Shown piece after piece: positions 50,113-60,567 of a stretch of DNA of 64,000 nt. Numbering within the stretch: the stretch's first letter is position 1; each line of letters starts with the position of its first letter. Position numbers and translations under genes: made by a program. Source of the DNA: Selaginella moellendorffii (lineage: Eukaryota; Plantae; Lycopodiophyta); the NCBI RefSeq assembly GCF_000143415.4, contig NW_003314264.1:1214584-1278583 (forward strand). Reading direction: 5' to 3'. Under the pieces are notes generated by a model. That model saw only the letters and a program-made list of their open reading frames with translations, made no database searches and was not told where the DNA came from.

Positions 50113-53100
50113 ATGGCAAGGGTAGGACGTAAGCGAACCCAGGCAGAGACGGAACCTCCTCCAGAGCTGGAGCCTCCGGTCGAACAGGAGGTGATGGATG
50201 AGGAATCCTTGCATGAGGAGGACTCCAGTGAGGCAACTTCCAAACAGGAGTCTGGTGGTGAGGTTCGGTCATCCAAGGCTCGATTGGATGTTCTAGAAGG
50301 AAAATTGGCACAGACCAATGCCCTGCTAGAGACTCTCGTACGCAAGCTAAAGCGTGACGACAAGCGGAAGAAAAAGCGAAAGACTGCGGATGCTGGCAGC
50401 GCAGAAGGTGCGAACCCTTCGGCAGGGACTGAGGCAAAACCAGACAAGGTCGAACAGACCGAAGTGGAATCAGTCCCTCAGGTAGTTCCCAAGTACAAAC
50501 CAAAGCCCCCACCGGTCTTCAAGGGAGTGAACGACTATAAGGTGGTGGAGGATTGGTTTTACGATATGGAGGACTACTTCCGAGCGTTGCGATTACCAAG
50601 CTCGGAGAAGGTCCCATGTGCAAAACCATACTTGGCAGATAATGCCAAGTCTTGGTGGAGAATGACAGAGGCCAACGAAGGACCAGTGGCCACTTGGGAT
50701 ATGATGAAGGCGAGGATCCGCGCAACTTACGTTCCTCCGAATGCTACTCTGCATCTAAGGGACGAGCTGAGTAGGCTGAAGCAGACCGGAACCATTCAGG
50801 AGTATGTGAATGGGTTTATGGCAAAGAGGATACTTGTCACGGACATGGGGGATATGGATGCGTTCCATGCCTTTATATCAGGTTTGCAAACCTGGGCTCG
50901 CGGCGAAGTAATGCGGTGGAACCCGACCAACTACAAAGAAGCGTTGGATGCGGCCATCAAGGTGCATTTCAACGATAATCTGCGAAAGGGGAACACGATG
51001 GGGTCGGGATCCACGTTTAGCAAAGGGGCCAAACCAAGGGGAACGTTTAGCAGAGGGAAATTCAAGAAGAGTTTCTCTAAGAATGAGTCCTCGGGGTTCC
51101 GGAAAGGCAGATCCGGTGGCCAGCGAGCGAGTACGTGGGGGAGTCAGGCGAAAAGAGACAAACCCACGGATAAGAAGGTCAAGTCATATAGCAGCGTGGG
51201 AAACAACGTATGCTACAACTGCGGTGAAGTGGGACACTTCTCGAGGGAATGTCCCTACCCGAAGAAGGCCAGAGCCAATATGGCCATCAAGTCGGGTGAA
51301 GTCCAAACAGAGGTATGTGATCCAGTCCCTAACTCAAAGTTACTCATTACACGAGCAACTTTGGTAGAGAGTCGTTCGCGACATCTACTAGCCCTCCGAG
51401 GGAAGCTCGGAGGTAGCTTTGTTAAAATCCTTATTGACACGGGTGCTTCGGATAATTTTGTGGCTGCAGACATAGTCCGGCAAGCCGGACTAACGGTGCA
51501 GCGGCTAGGCGAACCAAGGACTATAGAGTTTGTTCAAGGTAGCCAAAGCACCGATGAGGTACTTCGACAAGCGAGAGTCGAAGTGGGGACTTGGAAGGTG
51601 GACATGGACTTCACCGTGTTGGACATGGCGGGATTTGACGTGATCTTCGGAATGGACTGGTTCAATCGATTCGTGGTAGCCCTGTATGGACAAGGTAGAA
51701 ACCTTGTGGTACTGGCGAATGCCCAAGGAAGAAGATCTAGGGTGGAGGCCCAAGATCTAAAGGTAGGGCAAAGCAAGGCCAAAGATTCCTGCTTAAACCT
51801 GGTGTCCACGAGAGGACAACTCACTAAAGGAACTAAGGCGGCCTTTTTGTGCTTACTCTCGGTGAAGAGTGACAAAAAGACAGGAATGGAAGAAGTACCT
51901 TTAGTGATCCAACGGGTGTTAGACCAATTCCAGGATACCATGCCGGAGGAGCTACCGGCGGGGCTACCCCCAGCACGACCGATAGAACATAAGATTGAGC
52001 TGGTCGAGGGTGCTGAGGCAGTGGTTCGTCCCCCTTATCGTTTGAACGAAAAAAAACTCAAGGAGCTCAAGTGCCAACTAGAGGAGTTGGTGGACAAAGG
52101 GTATGTTAGGTTGAGCAAGTCGCCGTATGGGGCGCCAGTGTTATTTGTGAAAAAGAAAGATGGATCTATGCGCATGTGCATAGACTACCGCTTGCTCAAC
52201 AAGTATACAAAGAAGAACAAGTACCCTTTGCCAAGGATTGAGGACCTGTTCGATAGGTTGGGAAAGGCAAAATACTTCTCGAGGATTGACCTAAGGTCAG
52301 GATACTACCAGATCAGGGTAGCCGAGGAAGATGTCGAGAAGACAACCTGTCGAACGAGGTATGGGAGCTTTGAGTTTCTGGTGATGCCCTTCGGGCTATG
52401 TAATGCGCCGGCAACGTTTTCGGCGCTAATGAACCACGTCTTTGTACCCTATCTGGATCACTTTGTAGTCGTCTATATCGACGACATCCTGATCTATAGC
52501 GAGACGCTAGAGGAACATGCCGAACACTTGGCGAAGGTGTTTGAGAAACTAAGGGAACACAAGCTGTATGCTAAAGAGAGCAAATGTGACTTTGCTCAAC
52601 AAGAGGTAAAGTTTCTCGGGCATGTGGTGGGCCAGGACGGGCTCAAGGTGGACCCGGAGAAGGTCCAAGCGATCCAGGAATGGGAGCGACCATCCAATGT
52701 ACACGAGTTGAGGGCATTCCTGGGGCTATGCAACTACTATCGAAAGTTTATCAGACACTATTCGAGAGTAGCCCTGCCCTTAACGGACCAAACAGGAAAA
52801 GGGAAGATGGTGTGGACAGCGGAATGCGAGGCGGCATTAGTCCACCTCAAAGGGAAGTTGAGGAAGGCTCCCGTATTGGCATTACCAGACTTTGGTAAGG
52901 ACTTTGAGGTAGAAACGGATGCTTCGGACTTTGCGTTGGGCGTAGTTTTGAAGCAAGACAACCATCCGGTAGCGTTCTTCTCGAAGAAGCTGGACAAGGC
53001 TCAACGGAAGTGGCCTGCCCACGAGAAGGAATTGTTTGCGGTGGTCAAGGCGCTTAAGGAGTGGCGACACTACCTTGGGAGACACTTCAAGGTTTACACG

Positions 53101-54884
53101 GACAATGTGGCAACGAAACACTTCTTGTCACAGCCCGACCTAAGAGGGAAACAAGGTCGGTGGGCCAATGCCTTGGCCGAGTTTGATTGCGAAATTTTGT
53201 ACAAGCCTGGGAAGAGCAACATCGTGGCGGATGCGCTAAGTCGAAAAGCGAGCTTGAGGTTGGCAATATCCAGCGCAACAGCAACCTTCTGGGACGATGT
53301 GCGGACAGCATATGAGAACGATGGTCTAGCACAAGAAGTGTTGTTGAGGAATCTAGAGGCGCAGGAAGCTCACCAGAGAGGTGAGCTGCCAACGAAAGAG
53401 AAAACGGGCTATGTGGAACGCAACGGACTCATTTATTACAAGCAAACGAGGGTGTATGTTCCAGAAGGGGAACTAAGGAAGGTGGCCTTAGAAGAGTGTC
53501 ATGACGGACCTCTTGCGGGACATGGTGGAGTGCCCAAGACGATGGGCTTACTCAAAAGGAAGTACCATTGGCCAGATATGGCGAAGGACGTCCAAGACTA
53601 TGTAAAGACATGTCCAACATGTCAGCAGGTAAAAGCCGTGACTAAGGCTAGTGGGGGCTTGTTGCAAAGCATCCCAATTCCAGATCGCCCGTGGAAATGT
53701 CTTACGATGGACTTCATCACGGGACTCCCCCCAAGCGAGGGGTTTGATGCGATATTCGTGGTGGTGGACCGATTTTCGAAAATGGCATATTTCATACCCA
53801 CCACAACAGAAGTGGATGCGGAAGGTGTGGCGAAGCTGTTCTTCGAGCAAGTGGTTCGAGTGCGGGGAAGACCAGAAGAGATCATCTCAGATCGAGATAA
53901 GATCTTCACCAGTAGGTTCTGGAGGACTCTCCTCGAACAGTATCGCACCAAGTTGAAATTCAGCACAGCCTATCACCCACAGACAGGTATGGGGTATTAA
54001 GTCAAGTTGTTGGCACTAACACTTCTTGACAGACGGACAAACGGAAAGGGTGAATAGGCAGCTGGAGGATTATTTGCGATGCTATGTCTCGGGAGACCAG
54101 ACCGATTGGGTAAGTCATTTGGGACTTGCAGAAATGTGTTATAACAACTCACCACATTCGAGTATCGAGGTGAGTCCATGGGAAGTCATCAATGGGCGAG
54201 CTATTGAAGGTCCCGTGGAACTCGGCGCGGCCGAGTATCATGGAGAGTTGCCTGCAGTGGAGGCATTCACGGCGGAAAGACTTAGCATTTGGAATCTAGT
54301 GAGGGATTCCTTGGAACGGGCTCAACGAAGGCAAACCAAATACGCGAACCAGAAGCGTCGGGATGTAGAGTTCCAAGCTGGGGAGAAGGTGTGGCTGAAC
54401 ACCAAGAACCTCAGACTACCAAGTGGGATCAGCTGAAAGTTGACCCAAAAGTAAAGATGCATGTATTCCTGTAAATGAATTGATCTTGAGTTCCTTAAGC
54501 AGGTTCGCGGGGCCTTACGAGATTGAGGCACGAATCGGTAAAGTGGCTTACCGACTCCGACTTCCTCGAGAGATGGGGAAGATGCACCCAGTGTTCCACG
54601 TGAACTTACTCAAGCCGTACTTTGAGGATCCGCTTCGCAAGGACCAAGTGAGACCTTTGCCTGAGGTTATCCAAGGGGAAGAGGAATACAAAGTCGAGGC
54701 CATCCTCAATGCGCACAAGAGCAAGCGACAAGGACGCGAGGTGAGAGAGTTCCATGTGAAGTGGAGAGGATTTTCACACTGCGAAGAAACATGGGAACCG
54801 GAGGAGAACCTAGCGAACGCTCGAGATCTAGTGGAGGAATTTCTGCAAGGCAGAACTCTATGTACTTATGCAAAATTCAATTAA
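50113..54884 (+). CDS. Gag-Pol polyprotein; exons 50113-53986, 54033-54450, 54503-54884; one premature TGA at 54434 (probably CGA>TGA)
   Basis: Zn knuckle [14 protein letters not shown]; protease LIDTGAS; RT YIDD; RNase H ETDASD...HEKEL; integrase HHCC, MDF, SDRD and YHPQT-D-GQTER after splicing; GPY motif; chromodomain EYKVEAIL...FHVKWRGF...ETWEPEENL. Confidence 0.9.
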
Positions 54885-55287
54885 AAATATCAATTTGCAA
54901 AGTTGAGCAAGTGCAATATGTTGGGACCCGAAGGCGCGCCAAAGGTAAGCTAATTAGCATGGGTTGGATAGGTCGACCAGGCGTAGGGCACTACGCCCGA
55001 CTCCCCCCGGGGATGTCGAATCCGTAAACGTATTCTACGGAGGTTGGGTTCGAGTCCCAACCCCCTAGTAAAGCAAGGCTGGGTTCAAGTCCCGACCCCA
55101 TACTAGGGCGTGGTGAGGTGAGGAGTATAGGGACACCTATATTCCGTTGTCATGGGCTCTTGGCCGGGGAGGCTAACTTAGGCACACCGCTAAGTGGGGG
55201 GATGCCCCCGGAGACATGGTCAACAAGTCGTAGGATAAAACGAGACGTTCGATGTGGGCATCGAACTTCTTCTATGGGTGGTGGAGT

Positions 55288-56450
55288 TGTAAGGAACCGA
55301 CTCCCCGAGATGTCGTAGGCTAAAGGATCCCCAAAAGCTTGACCGAAATGACAAAGAGTTCATCGGATGGGACCAAGTCGAGGATCGAGTCCAAGACCGA
55401 CTCTAGGACCGAGTTCGAGATAGAGTCCGGAATCGAGTCCGAGACCGACTCGGGGACCGAGTTCGAGTCCGAGTTCGAGACCGAGTTCGAGACGGAGTCC
55501 GAGATCCGAAATCGGGTCCGAGACCGAGTCCGAGGTCGAGTCCGAGGTCGAGTCCGAGGTCGGGTCCGAGATCAGGTCCGAGATCGAGTCCGAAATCGAG
55601 TCCGAGACCGAATCCGAAGTCAGATCCGAAATCGGGTCCGAGATCGAGCCAGAGACTAAGTCCAAATACTAATACAGGTCAAGGGGTGAAAGCCTAAAGC
55701 GTGCGTCTCCCAGGGGGGGGGGGGGGCTGCAGGGGGTTCCAAAAGTATAGTAGGGATAGTGAGGTCCAGGAACCAGTTTTGAAGGGACTCTCCAGTTGGG
55801 CTTCCAAACCGACTTGAGGTTGAGACTGGGAGCGAGGGGCCTTGGGTGGGAGTGAGCATGGACTTGGCTGGTGCCGGAGGGGCCATCCAAGGAAGTGCTC
55901 AAGAGCAGCTCCCACTCCCGAAAGGGAAACCGACTGCGGTGCTCCCGGCTCAAGTGGAGTGGTGCCCCACTTGAGTACCTTGTGGCTCATTGGTCCTCGC
56001 CCTTCCGGGGGCTTGGGCCTTCCCTTCGGGATGGAAGAGGGGGGGTAGAGGTACCCATACCGGGCCGTTGGGCCACAGTGTTTCGCCCTGACGTCCCGAA
56101 GCAAGTGTTGCACTCAAGGCTTGGGATTTAGAGGGTCCCATGATCAAGTCTTGTGGTACCAAGGGGTGTTAGGAATCTGGAGGCTTGGTGTGCTTGGCTG
56201 CTTGTGCCTGCGGGGAGTGTAGCCGAACCTTAAGTCCAGTCTAACCCGGGGAGGGGGATTGGGAGAGATTTGGGAATCCGTGGATGGATGGCTAACACTC
56301 CGTTGCTCGTGCAGTAAGTAGCTGAAACCAAGTAGGAGCTGGTACCATAGGCGAGAACCTTGGCGAGGGAACTTAGCACAAGCCAAGGCAGAGTTGGTCG
56401 GATAGGCGAGGTAAGCTGGCAAATTGGAAAGGAAAAATTTGTGGCTTACA
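55288..56450 (+). repeat. 3' LTR (1163 bp)
   Basis: Direct repeat of 48907-50053 with about 18 substitutions by eye (almost all transitions) and a few short indels. Confidence 0.97.
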
Positions 56451-57607
56451 TTCATCTAGTCGCTTTCCATTCTCAGAAATTCCAGCCTACGGAGATCAAT
56501 TACGAAATCCATGACAAGGAGCTCCTTGCCATCATGGATTCCTTTGGAGAGTGGCATCGTTTCTTGGAGGGGGCAAGCCATCAAAAAACAGTCTGGATGG
56601 ATCACAAAAATCTAAAGTACTTTCCCACTTCCCGAGTTTTGAGCCGTTGTTAGGCAAGGTGGGCACAATTCCTGAGTCGGTTTGACTTTGTTATCAAGTA
56701 CAGACCTAGAAAGCTTCAGGGCCTTCCTGATGCTCTTTCAAGGCACTCCTATCTTAGTCTCAGGCCTGGTAATCCTACCTTCGATCAACAGGATCAAGTT
56801 ATCCTCGGTCCTGATTGGCTTCAAGTTATAGCAATTTCCCTAGCCCCTCAGAACTCCTCCTTGATGGATGCGATCAGAAACGATCTTCAATCCGATGACC
56901 TTGCTAGTGACATTTTTTCCCCCATCTTCAAACTGGACACCTAGTGACTCCCGACTGCCGGCGATTTGACGAGTTCAAGTTCTTAGATGGCTTGTTGTAC
57001 GGTGGGGAGCAGCTTTACATTCCTGAAGGTGATGCTCGAAGGTTGGTCCTGATGGCGTGCCATGATAGCCTGACTGCCGGTCACTTTGGCATTGCGAAAA
57101 CCTATGAGTTGGTTGCATGGGACTTTTGGTGGCCTCACATGGATGACTACATCAAAGCTTTTGTTACCTCCTGTGACACTTGCACCCGGAATAAGGTACC
57201 TCGCCACCTTCCTTTAGGTTTGCTTCGTTCCCTCCCCGTCCCTTCAGGTCCTTGGGAATCCATCTCCATGGATTTCTTGAGTGATCTTCCAAGTTCTGGA
57301 GGCTTTAACAGCATTTTAGTCGTGGTGGATCGCTTCACAAAGATGGCACACTTTTTGCCGTATACCAAGGATTTTTCCGGCGAGGACATGGCAAAATTGG
57401 TATTCAAGGAAATTTACCGAGTTTATGGGATTCCTACAGATGTGGTTTCAGATTAGGGACCTCAGTTCATCTCTCATTTCTGGCAACAGTTCTTGCAGCT
57501 ACTTGGAGTGAAGGCCAACCTCTCTTCAGCGTATCATCCTCAAACTAATGGATAGTCCGAGCGAATGATTCAGATGTTGAAACAATTTCTGAGGTGCTTC
57601 ATCAACT

Positions 57608-59570
57608 TGTAAGAGACTAATTTTTCCATTCTACTTTAGTCACTTAACCACACCTCTGACTATTTGGAGGAGTCTCACTCACAACCTCCATAAGTCTTAT
57701 TCTAGACTTGGGGCTCGCTATCCCCAAAAATAGCATCTATGCCACTCAACTTTTGCACTTGGTAGAAGTGCTCCACATGTCTAATCCCATGACTAACACC
57801 CCAAGGTACCACCGACATATCAACCTGTTACGCTAAGCCATGCCCATTCACCTTGGTCACAAGTCCAACACCACCTGCATTGCAATCCCGTCTCTCAAAG
57901 ACTGGGCCATCCGTCCATGAATGGTCATGCTAGATCCACTCCTTAGCATCCTTAGGATGTCTGCAAACATGGGGAACAGCCTTCCCCAATATCTTTGTTC
58001 CAGTCCCCACCAATTCCCTTTTTGTCCATGGCCGTGTTCACCAACACTGCCACTGGATCAAGGCCCACAGGCTTGACCACTAAGTCCCATTGTCCTCTAG
58101 GACTTTTTCACTATGTGACTGTGTCCTTGGTCACCACACTAGAGGGCTACCCCTCTTCCTTTCCACAGTCTGGGACTTTGGGACAACATTTCGGAACACC
58201 ATGGCCCTACGCGAGCCTCATGAGTACTCTCCCTGCCTTCCACCTTTAGGTGCTTTAGCTATGGGCTTAGAGCGAGGTTCCGTTGAGCCACGCCATGTAT
58301 CCAAGTAGGTAGTGCCACCCACATTTGGACTGGGAGCATTGACCATTCAATCTTTCGGGGGAACTAGCACCGGCTCTTGAATACTTCACCAAGCTACCCT
58401 GCTTATCGGTCTGTATTCACTCTAGCCTTGGACTTCCCAGTGGTTATCCCATCACCCAACACCTAAGTACAACCTTCCTGGGCTAAACTAACCTTTTCTG
58501 GCCAAATTGGCTCCACTAGAGTCCTCCCTCTTACTATACTTTTGGAGCTCACCAAATCCCCCAGGGTTTGGGAGACGAACGCTTTGGGCTTTCACCCTCT
58601 CAGACTCAAACTTGGACTCGGACTCGGACTCAGACTCAGACTTGGGCTTGGGCTCGGTCTTGGCCTCGGCCTTAGTCTCAGTCTCGGTCCCGATCTCGAT
58701 CCCGGTCTCGGTCTCAATCTCGACTTTAGACTCCATCTCGGGTCCTTCTCGGACTCCATCTCGGGTCCATCTCAGACTCCATCTCAGACTCCATCTCGGG
58801 TCCATCTCGGGTCCATCTTGGATCCATCCCAGACTCCATCTTGGGTCTATCTCGGACACTTCTATGTGTCATGTGTTGGTCCTCTTGTGTCCTTTTTCTA
58901 GAGACTCACTTATTGCTTGCTCCGTGCTTGTTCCTTGAGCACTTCATTGGGAGTTCCACTCCCGCTCTCGACCTTTCAAGTTGGAGTTTTTAGTCCAACT
59001 GTGTTACGCTCATTTGGTTTTTGCTTCGGCCATTACCACATGGCACCCTTCTGGCTCCACTTTGGGGCTTAGGGATTTGTGTCTCACACAACTATCATTA
59101 AGATGATTGATTCGATATCCTTCCCCTTGCTAAATTCTCCTATAACAACTCTGTTCACTCCTCCCTTCGAGTTTCCCCCTTCTTTGCAAACTCTGGCCCA
59201 AATCCTCAATTCAATCTCTCACTTCCTTCTCTATCTAAATCCTCTTGTTCAAATCCCCATTTTGAGGCATTTGTCTCCAACCTCCAGGAAATCCACAATT
59301 CCATCTCCTTCCACCTCCATCATGCTCGGGAATCTCACAAAACATTAGTCAGGATTGTCCCCCTTACAATATTGGGGATAGGGTTTGGCTCCTTAGGCGA
59401 AATATCTCCACCACCAGGCTATGTCCCAAACTTAATTTCAAATGCCTCGGTCCTTTCCTTATCATTGCCATTATTAATCCTATCAGTTATTGCCTTGCAC
59501 TTCCCTCCTTATATCAAATTCACCCTGTTTTTTACTCCTCTCTCCTTATATTCCCAATCCTATTTCAAAT
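57608..59570 (-). mobile_element. Antisense LTR-like fragment of a family related to the 48907 element; right boundary uncertain
   Basis: Starts tgtaagagactaatttttcc, similar to the reverse complement of the LTR end ggaaaaatttgtggcttaca. tgggagacgaacgctttgggctttcaccc (about 58570) and the hexamer array (58600-58860) mirror the LTR in reverse. Host integrase C-terminus is missing; no TSD seen. Confidence 0.7.
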
Positions 59571-59893
59571 TAGGTCATTCCTCTGCCTCCACCAGTGCAG
59601 CTCGAGGATGGGTCTGAGTACGAGGTTTAGGACATCCTTGATTCCAAAATCTCATGGTCTAAACTCTACTATCTGATAGACTGGAAGGGTTACAGACCTG
59701 AGGAACGCACTTAGGAACCTACAGACAACTTGATTCATTCTCCTGACTTTGTTCAGGACTTCCACCGCCGCTATCCTTCTTGTCCTAATCCTCATTCTTT
59801 TCATTCTCCATCTCTTGTCCTTCGACATCCATCTCATCCTCCTCTTCATTCTCATTCATGTCCTTGTTCCACTCATTCTTGAGGAGGGGGTGC

Positions 59894-60245
59894 TGTCAGG
59901 AATCCCCCAATTCTTGCCACATTCCTAACTCTTGCCAAATTCCTGACCCATAGACCACATTCCTGACTCTCGAGACACTTCTCTATTCCTGACTCTCTGA
60001 TTTCCCGTACAATTCTTAATTCTCGAACCACATTCCTGATGATGATGTGGCACCTCCTCGACCTTAGTTATATTTAGGTTGTCCTCGATCCAAAAGTGGT
60101 GGAGCTTCATCACCTTATAGTATATATAGATTAGTTTTGTTCTATTTCTCCACAATCTGAATTAACGCCAGTTTAAGTTATATTTTTTGTCTCCACTAGT
60201 TTTTCTCTTTGTCTTCTGCATTTTCCAGTCCTAATGTTGTTGACA
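59894..60245 (+). repeat. 3' LTR of the host Tcn1-like element
   Basis: Follows PPT gaggaggggg; bounded by inverted termini tgtca...tgaca; contains a TATA-like tatatata. Confidence 0.75.
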
Positions 60246-60567
60246 GCACTCACAGTTTATAATTTATAAACTTTTTAAAACATTTTCTAGTATATTCTAA
60301 TTTATTCTACCATGTAAGTTGATATTCAATAAGATTAATCTTGTGTTTATAAACTTCCATTCTATTAATTGGATTAATACATGAGATATAGCAAACCAAG
60401 TGCACAGCAATTTTATATCTCTATAGAATTTTAACTCTATAAGCTCTATTATTTTATTAACCTAATAATCTATTGATCCGACGGCTGTCGTTGGTTGAAC
60501 GGTGACGATTGTTTCAAAAGACCTAATATTGGGGTTTTTACGGTCTTTGTAGGGTTAAGTTCAAGCT

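Larger units (their letters stand above)
48907..56450 (+). mobile_element. Complete young Ty3/gypsy chromovirus LTR retrotransposon with intron-interrupted integrase
   Basis: TG...CA LTRs 48907-50053 and 55288-56450; 5-bp TSD TTCAT (48902-48906 / 56451-56455); PBS at 50057; PPT-like atgggtggtggag before the 3' LTR; gag-PR-RT-RH-INT-chromodomain order. Confidence 0.97.
48490..60245 (+). mobile_element. Decayed, 5'-truncated Ty3/gypsy chromovirus (Tcn1-like) hosting two nested insertions
   Basis: RT/RNase H EFLGYIV...DASNFAISAVLSQ (48490-48906) resumes in frame at 56456 (LVAFHSQKFQPTEINYEIHDKELLAI). Integrase HHCC and SMDF..VVVDRFTK...YHPQTNG to 57607. Chromodomain EYEV*DILDSK...YYLIDWKGY...EP at about 59600-59780. 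PPT 59881-59890, 3' LTR 59894-60245. Many stops. Confidence 0.88.

Noticed and set aside
53987-54502. Programmed frameshift or simple decay as the cause of the broken integrase ORF
   Set aside because: A frameshift would leave extra residues inside invariant motifs; only exact removal of the GT-AG segments restores YHPQTDGQTER and KF.GPY.
55339-55665. RD/RV-repeat and SD-repeat ORFs in the LTRs (also 58488-58938)
   Set aside because: By-products of the stop-free hexamer array; the plus-strand one is interrupted in the 5' LTR.
59361-59368. ccttaca as the far end of a solo LTR starting at 57608
   Set aside because: Flanks (caact versus atatt) give no TSD and host sequence does not resume there.
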